This document shows positions 30,712 to 39,315 of a stretch of DNA of 64,000 nucleotides, in pieces (position 1 is the stretch's first letter; each line of letters opens with the position of its first letter). The stretch covers positions 192,001 to 256,000 of the forward strand of contig OZ241993.1 of NCBI GenBank assembly GCA_965204575.1, read 5' to 3'. Both the position numbers and the translations under genes were made by a program. The notes below the pieces were generated by a model, which saw only the letters and a list, made by a program, of their open reading frames with translations, did no database searches and was not told where the DNA came from. The stretch comes from an uncultured candidatus Porisulfidus sp. Lineage in GTDB: Bacteria > Pseudomonadota > Gammaproteobacteria > Poriferisulfidales > Poriferisulfidaceae.

Positions 30712-31690
30712 AATTTTCTTCCAGTTTCACCAGCAAACCCAGAAAATCCTCAGGCAGATCCACCTTCCAATCGAGCAAGGTTTCTCGGATCGGATGCTGG
30801 AGTCGAAGGCTGCAGGCATGCAATGCCTGCCGCCCGAACCCCCGGACTGCATCGCGCACGGAAGCGGGTACTCCAGCCGGACTCCGCGCACGGCCACCAT
30901 AAACAGGATCCCCGACTACCGGGTACCCCAAGTGAGCCAGATGCACCCGAATCTGGTGCGTACGGCCAGTCTCGAGCTGAATATCAAGAAGAGTCAAGCC
31001 ACTGAATTTTCGATGCACCCGGTAGTGCGTTATGGCTTCTCTGCCGCCCGCGCGTACACACATGCGCTGGCGTTGACGAGGATGCCGTCCAATCGGCTCC
31101 TCAATGGTTCCGCCTGCGACCAAATCGCCCTGGACCAAGGCCTGGTACCGTCGTCGGATTTCACGTGTTTGAAGTTGTCGGGTCAATGCCGTGCAGGATT
31201 CCGGATTATGCGCTACTGCCACAAGTCCGGTCGTGTCCCGATCCAGCCGGTGCACGATCCCCGCCCGCGGCACTTTGGCGGTGGCTGGAAAGTGGTACAG
31301 GAGAGCGTTCTGGACCGTCCCGTCCGGATGTCCGGGAGCCGGGTGCATGACTTGCCCGGCCGACTTGTTCAAGATGATCAGGTCTTCGTCGGCATAAACA
31401 ACAGCCAATGGCAGGTCCTGTGGCTCGCACTGTGAGGATGTCGGAGCCTGCGGCCAGACCTCGACCCGTTCGCAACCTTGCACCGGATCTCGAGGGCGAG
31501 CGGTTTCTCCTTCTATCAATACGCGCCCTGCCCGAATCCAATCCTGAAGCTGCCGGCGGGAAAACTGTTCGAGCATCTGCGCCAACGCGACGTCCAGGCG
31601 CTTCCCAGCCAAGTCCTCCGGCACTTCCCGAACCAGCGGCAAACCGTCCAATTGCCTAATCCGACTGACACAAAACACCCATACTATCAC
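30704..31690 (-). CDS. rluD: 23S rRNA pseudouridine synthase RluD
   Basis: S4 domain, GIVHRLDRDTTG, LETGRTHQIRVH, RQALHA; start uncertain. Confidence 0.95.
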   Translation of the reverse strand: MIVWVFCVSRIRQLDGLPLVREVPEDLAGKRLDVALAQMLEQFSRRQLQDWIRAGRVLIEGETARPRDPVQGCERVEVWPQAPTSSQCEPQDLPLAVVYADEDLIILNKSAGQVMHPAPGHPDGTVQNALLYHFPATAKVPRAGIVHRLDRDTTGLVAVAHNPESCTALTRQLQTREIRRRYQALVQGDLVAGGTIEEPIGRHPRQRQRMCVRAGGREAITHYRVHRKFSGLTLLDIQLETGRTHQIRVHLAHLGYPVVGDPVYGGRARSPAGVPASVRDAVRGFGRQALHACSLRLQHPIRETLLDWKVDLPEDFLGLLVKLEENCG

Positions 31691-31729
31691 TGCGTTATAT
31701 AATTCAGAGGGCAGCCCCGATCCTTTGTG

Positions 31730-32890
31730 ATGCGTCTTTTACCCGCTGTTCTTTTGCTCGCGTCGTCACTGATGATGACCGGTTGCGGGCTATTGCCGGA
31801 TGCGCCAGAAACCGAATACGAGGGCAAATCCGCAGCGCAGTTGTACGCCATGGGCCTTTCCTACCGTCGCGGTGGCGATTTCACCAAGGCGATCGAAGCT
31901 TTCGAGTATCTGGAATCCGGGTATCCCTTTGATCCGTACGCCCAGCAAGGCTTGCTGGAAATGGCGTATTCCAAATACCGGCAAGAGGAATACACCGAGG
32001 CCATCGTCATACTCGACCGCTTCATCGAACAAAATCCGTTACACACGCATGTCGCGTACGCGCATTACATGCATGGCGTCGCCTATCTGGATTACGGTCG
32101 GACCCTGTTGCACTATGTTCTTCCCTACATCCGGCATAACAAGGACCCGACTCCATGGCTGCTCGCGTTCAAGAGTTTTTCCCTGATCGTGACGAAATAC
32201 CCGGAATCGCGATATGCGACGGATGCTCGCCAGCACACTATCTTCCTGCGCAACCTGCTGGCACGTTATGAACTGCACGTCGCGGATTTCTATCTGCGCC
32301 GCAAAGCTTATGTCGCGGTTGTCAACCGATGCAAGCAGGCGCTGGCCCGCTATCACGGTGCGCCAAATATGGATGACATGTTGTGGTACCTGGAACAAGG
32401 GTACCGGCATCTGGAGATGCACCAGCTCGCGGATGATACGCGGAGCGTTCGAGATCTCAACTTCCCGGACTACGAAGCCCGCATGGTTGCCGAGGAAGAA
32501 GAACCGACTTGGCTATCAAACACGGGTGAATGGATCAGCGATACGGTCGACAGCGCCGCCATCATGGTCGGGTTCGACATCGAGGAATTCCCGCCACCCG
32601 ATTTCAGCGGCGAATACCAGAGGGTCGTTCTCAACCTCGGCGAGGCCGAGGAGTTCGTCGCTTCGCATGAACCGGACAAGGTCGTAGTCAGTGAGGTTAC
32701 GAGCGGCCACATCCCGGATTCGGATATCGATTCCCAAGGCCTTTGGTACCAGTTACGGCGATTGTTCAGTTCGTCGGACGACGAGGAATTGCCAAGTGCC
32801 CCGGGCGACACCCCGGAGCCTGTCGTCAGTTCAGAGGCTCCTGAAACGCCGGCGGAAGAAAGCGCACCGACCCCGGCACCATCGAACTGA
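31730..32890 (+). CDS. bamD: Outer membrane protein assembly factor BamD with acidic C-terminal extension
   Basis: Lipobox MTGC, TPR repeats, YPESRYATDA, LARYELHVADFY; divergent from rluD. Confidence 0.9.
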   Translation: MRLLPAVLLLASSLMMTGCGLLPDAPETEYEGKSAAQLYAMGLSYRRGGDFTKAIEAFEYLESGYPFDPYAQQGLLEMAYSKYRQEEYTEAIVILDRFIEQNPLHTHVAYAHYMHGVAYLDYGRTLLHYVLPYIRHNKDPTPWLLAFKSFSLIVTKYPESRYATDARQHTIFLRNLLARYELHVADFYLRRKAYVAVVNRCKQALARYHGAPNMDDMLWYLEQGYRHLEMHQLADDTRSVRDLNFPDYEARMVAEEEEPTWLSNTGEWISDTVDSAAIMVGFDIEEFPPPDFSGEYQRVVLNLGEAEEFVASHEPDKVVVSEVTSGHIPDSDIDSQGLWYQLRRLFSSSDDEELPSAPGDTPEPVVSSEAPETPAEESAPTPAPSN

Positions 32891-32899
32891 TCCAGGCAA

Positions 32900-34498
32900 T
32901 CACGCTTTATATCCGGACGTGATCGGGTAACGCCGGTCCCTTCCAAATGCCCGCTCTGTCGTCTTCACTCCCGGCGGCGCCTGTCGACGTTTGTACTCAC
33001 TCTTGAGCACCTGGGCAACCACGTCGCGAACCAGGTCAGAATCAAACCCCTGCTCGACAATCTCCGAAGGCGAACGATCCTCCTCAATGAACAGGCGCAA
33101 CACGGCGTCCAGCACGGCGTAGTCCGGCAGCGAATCAGAGTCTTTCTGGTCCGGCTTCAGCTCCGCCGACGGGGGGCGGGTCAGGATTCGCTCCGGAATG
33201 ATTTCCCGGTCACGGTTGCAGTGGCGGGCCAACTGGTAGACCCGGGTCTTGAAGATGTCCTTGAGCGGTGCAAATCCCCCCGCCATATCACCGTACAGGG
33301 TCGCATAGCCGACCGCCATCTCGCTTTTGTTTCCAGTCGTCAGCAACAATTTGCCACTGTGATTCGAGCGGGCCATCAGCAGCAAGCCGCGGATACGCGC
33401 CTGCAGGTTCTGGCAAACCAGATCGTCCTGCTCGGCTTCCGGCCCCAAGGTTTCAAGCATGGACTGGAAGGCAGGTTCAATTGACAGATTCAGGAACGAA
33501 ATGCCCAGACGCTCGCACAACAGCATAGCGTCCTCAATGCTGGCCCCCGATGTGTACCGCGAGGGCATCAACACCGCCTCCAGCCGTTCCGCCCCCAAGG
33601 CATCCGCCGCAATGACCAGCGTCAAGGCCGAATCGATTCCGCCAGACAGACCCACCAGCGCGCCAGAGGCACGGTGCTTGTCCACATAGTCGCGCACGCC
33701 CAGTACCAGCGCCTGGTATAGGGTCGCATCCTCATCCAGGTCTTCGACATCCTGCCGGGAACTGATCCAGCCCGAATCTTTGGGCGTCAGTTCCAGTTCA
33801 GCCTCGACGAACGAAGGAAGTTGCGCGATCCGCTGCCCGGAAGCATCCAGGACAAAACTTGCGCCATCGAAAACCAACTCGTCCTGCCCGCCGACCTGGT
33901 TGACGTACCAGACCGGGCAATCGGTTTCCCGCGCACGTGCACGTGCGACTTCCAAGCGCTTGGACGCCTTGCGCAGGTCGAACGGGGAAGCGTTCAGACA
34001 GACCAGAACTTCGGCCCCGGCCGCCGCCAGGTCTGCAGCCGGTTCCGGCTGCCATAAATCCTCGCAGATCAGCAACCCCAACCGCCGCCCGGCCTCGATG
34101 ACGAAAGGCTTCGAACCCGGAACGAAGTAGCGCTGCTCGTCAAAGACATCGTAATGCGGTAGAAGCTTCTTGCACGCGAAACCCGCCTGTCGGCCCTGAT
34201 GCAGGACGCAGGCCGCGTTGTACAAGGCACCGTTTTCGCGTACGGGAGCCCCCACGATCACCCAGTGTTCACCAACTTGATGCGCCAATTCTTCCAGGGC
34301 AGAAGCGATCTGGTCGATGAAATCATCCCGCAGCAGAAGATCTTCCGGGGGATAGCCGCACAACGCAAGTTCCGGAAAAACCCAGATCGAAGGTTCTTCC
34401 CAAGTTTCCAGCCACGCTTGGATGCGGACCCGGTTGCCATCAATGTCGCCGACCAGTGGGTTGAACTGGACAAGTCGAACAGACAGAAGATTAGTCAT
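32900..34498 (-). CDS. nadE: Glutamine-dependent NAD+ synthetase
   Basis: Nitrilase domain FPEL/ICEDLW, GLSGGIDS, GNKSE, YKRRQAPPG. Confidence 0.97.
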   Translation of the reverse strand: MTNLLSVRLVQFNPLVGDIDGNRVRIQAWLETWEEPSIWVFPELALCGYPPEDLLLRDDFIDQIASALEELAHQVGEHWVIVGAPVRENGALYNAACVLHQGRQAGFACKKLLPHYDVFDEQRYFVPGSKPFVIEAGRRLGLLICEDLWQPEPAADLAAAGAEVLVCLNASPFDLRKASKRLEVARARARETDCPVWYVNQVGGQDELVFDGASFVLDASGQRIAQLPSFVEAELELTPKDSGWISSRQDVEDLDEDATLYQALVLGVRDYVDKHRASGALVGLSGGIDSALTLVIAADALGAERLEAVLMPSRYTSGASIEDAMLLCERLGISFLNLSIEPAFQSMLETLGPEAEQDDLVCQNLQARIRGLLLMARSNHSGKLLLTTGNKSEMAVGYATLYGDMAGGFAPLKDIFKTRVYQLARHCNRDREIIPERILTRPPSAELKPDQKDSDSLPDYAVLDAVLRLFIEEDRSPSEIVEQGFDSDLVRDVVAQVLKSEYKRRQAPPGVKTTERAFGRDRRYPITSGYKA

Positions 34499-34530
34499 GA
34501 CGAGAGTGGCAAATATTCATCTATTTATAG

Positions 34531-34680
34531 GGGGCTCATATACAATAATCCGCAAGCAGACCTTGTATATCCATTGACAGATCATCGGGGTCGCTTGACC
34601 GAACCGTGCCCGAAGGCCCGGCCCGGACAGAGGCGAACGCCCCTCCCTGTCCAGCCGCGCCAGTCCCCAACGCCAATATA
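34531..34680 (-). ncRNA. Putative omega-RNA scaffold overlapping the tnpB 3' end
   Basis: Nested stems GACAG/CTGTC and GGGG..TCGC/GCGA.CCCC, a cUUCGg hairpin, terminal hairpin ATATACAA/TTGTATAT; 5' limit approximate. Confidence 0.6.
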
Positions 34681-35846
34681 TTGAACGCGGCATTGATGTC
34701 CGCATTCCCCGCGTATCCGCAGGATACGCATTCGAATCTCTCTCGCCGACGGTTCGCCTCCGCCACATGCCCGCATCGGTGACAACGCTGGCTCGTGTAC
34801 GCCGGGTCGACCGTCTCCACCCGGTGCGCCTTGTACTCCAGCATGAAGCGCAATCGGCCCCAGCCGCTTTCCGCAATGCTCCGGTTCAAGGTGGATTTCG
34901 CCTTGACGTGCTTGCCGGGTTTCTCCACCGTGCCTCTGGCTGACTTCATCATGTTCCTGATCTTCAGACCCTCCACGCAGACCGTCCCGAACCGGTCCGC
35001 CAAGTCATGGCTGACATGGTGCTTCCAGTTGTCCCGGATATAGGCGATCCTCCGGTGCAGTTTCGCCACGATTCTCCGCTCCTTCTCGCGGCGGTGCGAA
35101 TTCACCATGATGGCTTTGCCTTGTCGAGTCACCCTCGGCCCCCCGTCCGCATCCAGCAAAGGCACGCGCTTGCGCCTCTGCATCTTCCGTTGGTGCCGCT
35201 TCAGCCGGGTCTCAAGGCGGGACACGTCCGGCATGAAAATCCGCTCCGGCTCCGTGGTCGCCACGTTCCACTTCCCTAGGTCCAGCCCGACCGCCTCGCC
35301 GTTGTCCGCCAGTTCCGCATCCGGCACTTCCCAGAACACCGACACATACCACTTCCCGTTGGGATGCTTGGCCACCACCGCCTGCTTCGCCTTGCCGTAG
35401 GCCCACGGGTCGCCGCCCTGACGGTGGATCGGCACCCAGCCCACCTTGGTCACGTAGAGTTTGCCGTCCGCAATCCGCACGTTCTGCGGAATCGTGAACG
35501 AATCGCCGGCTTCCTTGTGCTTGAACTTCGGAAAGCCACGTTGGCCCTTCCGGGCCTCTCTCATCGCATCCGCATACCTTTTCAGCGCGTACCGCACTTC
35601 CGTATACGGCAACGCCTTCAGCCATTCGTGGCCTTCGCTGTTGCGCAGCCTCGTGAATGCCAGGCTTAGAGTGAAGAAAGTCGGCGAGGGTTTCTCTCCT
35701 TGCCCTTCTTTATAGGCTTTCATCGCATCCCGGTTCTGTCCGACCGCCCAGTTCCAGACGTAGCGGTTCGCCCCGGCGATGCCGGACAGCAGCTGTCCCC
35801 GGCGCAGGGTGCCGGGATACAGGCGATAGACGGATGAACGGATCAT
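34536..35846 (-). CDS. tnpB: RNA-guided endonuclease TnpB
   Basis: YRLYP HTH, RYVWN, GFPKFK, RuvC-I GLDLG, RuvC-II VEGL, YTSQRCHRCG...CVSCG zinc ribbon, RuvC-III ADINAA. Confidence 0.93.
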   Translation of the reverse strand: MIRSSVYRLYPGTLRRGQLLSGIAGANRYVWNWAVGQNRDAMKAYKEGQGEKPSPTFFTLSLAFTRLRNSEGHEWLKALPYTEVRYALKRYADAMREARKGQRGFPKFKHKEAGDSFTIPQNVRIADGKLYVTKVGWVPIHRQGGDPWAYGKAKQAVVAKHPNGKWYVSVFWEVPDAELADNGEAVGLDLGKWNVATTEPERIFMPDVSRLETRLKRHQRKMQRRKRVPLLDADGGPRVTRQGKAIMVNSHRREKERRIVAKLHRRIAYIRDNWKHHVSHDLADRFGTVCVEGLKIRNMMKSARGTVEKPGKHVKAKSTLNRSIAESGWGRLRFMLEYKAHRVETVDPAYTSQRCHRCGHVAEANRRRERFECVSCGYAGNADINAAFNILALGTGAAGQGGAFASVRAGPSGTVRSSDPDDLSMDIQGLLADYCI

Positions 35847-35852
35847 GAAAGG

Positions 35853-35882
35853 ATTATGCCATGCCGGAAACCGATTCGACAA
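35853..35882 (-). promoter_or_regulatory. Putative sigma-70 promoter of tnpB (possibly leaderless mRNA)
   Basis: TTGTCG-18 nt-CATAAT with extended TG, 6 nt before the ATG; no RBS. Confidence 0.5.
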
Positions 35883-35975
35883 AAACAAGATAAGGTATTG
35901 AATATATACGAATTATCGTGGGTTTTGCGGATTATCGTATACAATTCCCATTTATAGCCTATTGGGTGTTTGAAA

Positions 35976-36302
35976 TTACTTGGGAAATGCGATTCCAAAA
36001 TCCTCTCGAAACCTGTCGATCTGGTGCATGCGCTCATGCAAAATCGTAACAATGCCAATATCTCCATTTCTGAGCTTTTTCCAGTAGACGTAGTGTCTCT
36101 CGTATCGACAAAAATAACCATCCACTCCAAACTCTGCCGGAATCGGGCGGGACAGAATGCAATCCGCCTCAATCGCGGTGAACACCTCAAACAACCCTAT
36201 TATGTAAGCATCAGCCTGATTAATCCCCCACTTGTCGCGAGAGTATTGATAAATCTCATCAATACGGAGAGAAGCCGCTTCCTGAACGCGGACTGATGCC
36301 AT
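35976..36302 (-). CDS. parE: ParE/RelE family toxin
   Basis: IDEIYQYSRDKWGINQADAYI, HYVYW, IVTILHERM. Confidence 0.88.
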   Translation of the reverse strand: MASVRVQEAASLRIDEIYQYSRDKWGINQADAYIIGLFEVFTAIEADCILSRPIPAEFGVDGYFCRYERHYVYWKKLRNGDIGIVTILHERMHQIDRFREDFGIAFPK

Positions 36303-36310
36303 GCACAAGC

Positions 36311-36565
36311 CTACGTCTTGTTCCGTTCAATGACATCCGAAGCCGAAAGAGGATGAAATGAACTGTCTGGTGCGGCAAAAGCATGTTTCAGTTCAGCCTT
36401 AAGGCGTTCAAAAGCCTCCTGCTCCGCCCGTTCTTTATCACGTCGAATCAAGTCGCGAACATACTCGCTGACATTCTCGTACGACCCAGCCTCGCTGACA
36501 TTCGCTGAAACGAAATCACTGAGTGCACCACTGAGGCGAACCGTCATTGTTGTTGTACGTGCCAT
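36311..36565 (-). CDS. parD: ParD-like RHH antitoxin
   Basis: MTVRLSGAL...GSYENVSEYVRDLIRRD. Confidence 0.88.
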   Translation of the reverse strand: MARTTTMTVRLSGALSDFVSANVSEAGSYENVSEYVRDLIRRDKERAEQEAFERLKAELKHAFAAPDSSFHPLSASDVIERNKT

Positions 36566-36584
36566 AACAATTTAATCACAAAAG

Positions 36585-36615
36585 ATGTAATTAATATACT
36601 TAATATTAATTACAT
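36585..36615. promoter_or_regulatory. Palindromic operator upstream of parD
   Basis: Perfect 13-bp inverted repeat ATGTAATTAATAT-ACTTA-ATATTAATTACAT 19 bp upstream of the start codon. Confidence 0.7.
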
Positions 36616-36646
36616 ATGCAACCCTTATCATCGCTCCCTTATCAAC

Positions 36647-37876
36647 TTAGCTTTCGGGAATCAATCGTAGCAGTTGCCCGTCCGCATCGTCCGTCAGCAA
36701 GTAAATCAGGCCATCCTCCAGTACTCGAATGTCACGAATTCGGTGGCCTTGGGGCTCCGGCAGAACCTGCTCGTGCACTCCGCCGTCCTGTCTTAGCTGC
36801 ACTCGGTATACACTGCGGAACTTCAGCGCGCCGACCAACATCTGCCCGCGCCATGCGGCGAAAGGTTTTCCGTCGTAGACCGCGAACCCTGAAGGGGCAA
36901 TTGACGGCGTCCAGTGCCACACAGGCGGCTCGATGCCCGGCGCATGAGTCTGTTCGCTGATGAGTCCACCGGTGTACTCGCGTCCATGCGTCACCCGGGG
37001 CCAGCCGTAGTTGGCCCCCGCCTGAATCCGGTTCAATTCATCCCCGCCCTTGGGCCCATGTTCGTGTAACCAGAGTTTGCCGTCGAAAGGATTCCACGCT
37101 AATCCCTGCGGATTGCGGTGGCCGTAAGAGTACACCTCCGGCAGAACATCGGCGTTCCCGACAAACGGATTGTCCTCTGGAACCCTCCCATCCGCATGTA
37201 AGCGAATCAGTTTGCCCCAATGGCTGTTCAGTTCTTGCGCGTTCTCGCGCTCGCCTCGGTCTCCCACGGCCAGGAACAGGTATCCCTCGGCATCGAATGC
37301 CAACCGGCCTGCAAAATGCCAAGTCAATCCTCCGCATGGATGCGCTTCGAACAGCAACTGGCCGTCCTCAAGGCGATGGTTCTGCAGGCGGTAGCGACTC
37401 AACACCGTGGTGAAGCCCGTCGCACAGACTCTGCTATAGCTGAGATAGATCCAGCGGTTGTCCGCTCGCCCGTATTCCGGGTGCAGAACCACATCCAGAA
37501 GCCCTCCTTGCCCAACCCGGTCCACTTTCGGCACGCCTTCGATGGAGTGGCGGCTTGAAAAGTCAGCGCTCAGGTGCAACAGGCGTCCGGGCTTTTCCGT
37601 AACCAGCAAGGAGCCGTCCGGCAACTGTGCCAAGCTCCAGGGATATTCCAACCCCTCTTGCAGCACCTCTACTCGGTATCCCACCTCGTCCGATTCTGCC
37701 ACCGCGGCCTCCAGCGCAAAAACGCCTCCCGCGAGCGCGGGCATCACAGCAAAAAACAACAGCGGAAATCCTCTTGGAATTGCAGGGCGGAAGAGGTTTC
37801 CCTCTTGGGCACGAGTTCCCAACTTCCGATGACGCGAAACCTTCACTGCCCCACTCCCCTCACGGAGTAATCGCAA
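36647..37876 (-). CDS. PQQ-dependent soluble aldose sugar dehydrogenase (YliI-like)
   Basis: GLEYPWSL, GQGGLLDV, SYGHRNPQG, EHGPKGGDELN, WTPSIAPSG, RIRD; start uncertain. Confidence 0.9.
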   Translation of the reverse strand: MRLLREGSGAVKVSRHRKLGTRAQEGNLFRPAIPRGFPLLFFAVMPALAGGVFALEAAVAESDEVGYRVEVLQEGLEYPWSLAQLPDGSLLVTEKPGRLLHLSADFSSRHSIEGVPKVDRVGQGGLLDVVLHPEYGRADNRWIYLSYSRVCATGFTTVLSRYRLQNHRLEDGQLLFEAHPCGGLTWHFAGRLAFDAEGYLFLAVGDRGERENAQELNSHWGKLIRLHADGRVPEDNPFVGNADVLPEVYSYGHRNPQGLAWNPFDGKLWLHEHGPKGGDELNRIQAGANYGWPRVTHGREYTGGLISEQTHAPGIEPPVWHWTPSIAPSGFAVYDGKPFAAWRGQMLVGALKFRSVYRVQLRQDGGVHEQVLPEPQGHRIRDIRVLEDGLIYLLTDDADGQLLRLIPES

Positions 37877-37919
37877 TTCACTAACCCCTACAATACACTA
37901 GGAGTATCCGGTCGCATCA

Positions 37920-38714
37920 ATGCCGCATTCCGAAGTTTTCTGGCTCTGCGCCGCATTCGTGGCCGGAACTGCCGCAGGCAGTTTTCTGAACGTGCTGGTA
38001 CACCGCCTCCCCGTCATGGCGCGCGGAGAAAACCCCGAATTGACCTTGTGGTCTCCGCGTTCACACTGTCCCCATTGCGGCCAAACGATCCGTTTGCGCC
38101 ATCTGGTCCCGATCCTCGGCTACCTCGCCCTGCGGGGCCGGTGCGCCTTCTGCAGAGCCCCCATCTCCTTGCGCTACCCCGTGCTGGAACTAACGGCGGG
38201 ATTGCTTGCCGTCGGCATAGTCGCGAACGCGGACAGCTTGCTCGAAGCCGGTGCCTACGCCGTGCTGGGCTGGGGACTTCTGGCGCTTGCCCTCATCGAC
38301 TGGCAGGCGCAACTGTTACCGGACTTGCTTGTCTACCCGCTCCTGTGGCTGGGACTGCTGGTGAATACATCCGGGTTGTTCGCGCCGCTGCATGAGGCGG
38401 TCATCGGAGCCGTTACAGGCTACTTGTCGTTGTGGCTTCTGAACCACTTGTTCTACCTCTTGAGGAAAGAACCCGGCATGGGTTATGGTGACTTCAAGAT
38501 GTTTGCCGTATGCGGAGCCTGGCTGGGCTGGATGATGCTGCCCTGGGCCGCTTTTGCCGCTTCGATACTGACGCTCCTGCTGTGGCTTGCCCGGCGCATG
38601 TGGAATCACGCCGAGCGTGCTCTGCCTTTCGGCCCTGCCCTGGCCTTGGCGTTGTTCGGGTTTTTGATCTGGCGGGATTCCGCCCGAGCGCTGATTGGCG
38701 GGTCCGGATTTTGA
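37920..38714 (+). CDS. pilD: Type IV prepilin peptidase/N-methyltransferase
   Basis: GSFLNVLVHRLP, SHCPHC, LRGRCAFC, GMGYGDFK, PFGPAL; pilD-coaE-zapD synteny. Confidence 0.93.
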   Translation: MPHSEVFWLCAAFVAGTAAGSFLNVLVHRLPVMARGENPELTLWSPRSHCPHCGQTIRLRHLVPILGYLALRGRCAFCRAPISLRYPVLELTAGLLAVGIVANADSLLEAGAYAVLGWGLLALALIDWQAQLLPDLLVYPLLWLGLLVNTSGLFAPLHEAVIGAVTGYLSLWLLNHLFYLLRKEPGMGYGDFKMFAVCGAWLGWMMLPWAAFAASILTLLLWLARRMWNHAERALPFGPALALALFGFLIWRDSARALIGGSGF

Positions 38715-38724
38715 GGAGAGGCGC

Positions 38725-39315
38725 GTGATCAAGATCGGCATGACGGGGGGCATCGCCTGCGGCAAATCGCAGGCCGCCCGGTACTTCGAAGAGCGAGGCG
38801 CCCCGGTCATCGATGCCGACGAGGTGGTGCGCGAACTGACGGCCCCGGGTGGCCCGTTCCTCGAAGCCATCGTCGAACGGGCCGGTCCAGACGTGCTGGA
38901 AAGCGATGGCAGCTTGGACCGAACGCTGCTGCGTACGCGTCTTTTCCTCGATTCGGCCCTGCGCCGTGATCTTGAAGCCTTGTTGCATCCCCCGGTGCGG
39001 GCTGCCATCCGCAATTGGTTTACACAGCAGGAAAGGCCCTATGCCATCGCGACAGTTCCCTTGCTGATCGAGGCTGGCTGGCAGGACGACATGGACCGAA
39101 TCCTGGTCGTGAATTGCCCCGAGGACCTGCAGCGCCAGCGACTGCGGGAGCGCTTCCCGAAAATGGATAATAAGCAAGCCGATGCCATCCTGGCAACTCA
39201 ATTGTCGGCGGACGAGCGTCTGCGACACGCCGATGACGTGATCGAGAATGCAGGAAGCATGGACGCCCTGGCCGAGGCCGTGGACGAGCTGCATCAAAAA
39301 TACCTGGCGGCATGA
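38725..39315 (+). CDS. coaE: Dephospho-CoA kinase
   Basis: GMTGGIACGKS, IDAD, LLHP, VPLLIE. Confidence 0.95.
   Translation: MIKIGMTGGIACGKSQAARYFEERGAPVIDADEVVRELTAPGGPFLEAIVERAGPDVLESDGSLDRTLLRTRLFLDSALRRDLEALLHPPVRAAIRNWFTQQERPYAIATVPLLIEAGWQDDMDRILVVNCPEDLQRQRLRERFPKMDNKQADAILATQLSADERLRHADDVIENAGSMDALAEAVDELHQKYLAA

Larger units (their letters stand above)
34531..35949 (-). mobile_element. Non-autonomous TIR element carrying tnpB, with 8-bp target site duplication
   Basis: TIRs 34531-34555 and 35925-35949 match 20/25; ATTTATAG directly repeated at 34523-34530 and 35950-35957. Confidence 0.85.

Noticed and set aside
34574-34577. TCAA as an IS605-type right end
   Set aside because: It lies inside the predicted scaffold; TIR and TSD place the end at 34531
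34536-35846. Possible Cas12-type CRISPR effector
   Set aside because: No repeat-spacer array or cas genes in the window; size and overlapping 3' RNA structure fit TnpB
37920-38714. Second prepilin peptidase as a sign of a novel pilus
   Set aside because: Ordinary pilD-coaE-zapD locus; CpaA serves the Tad system
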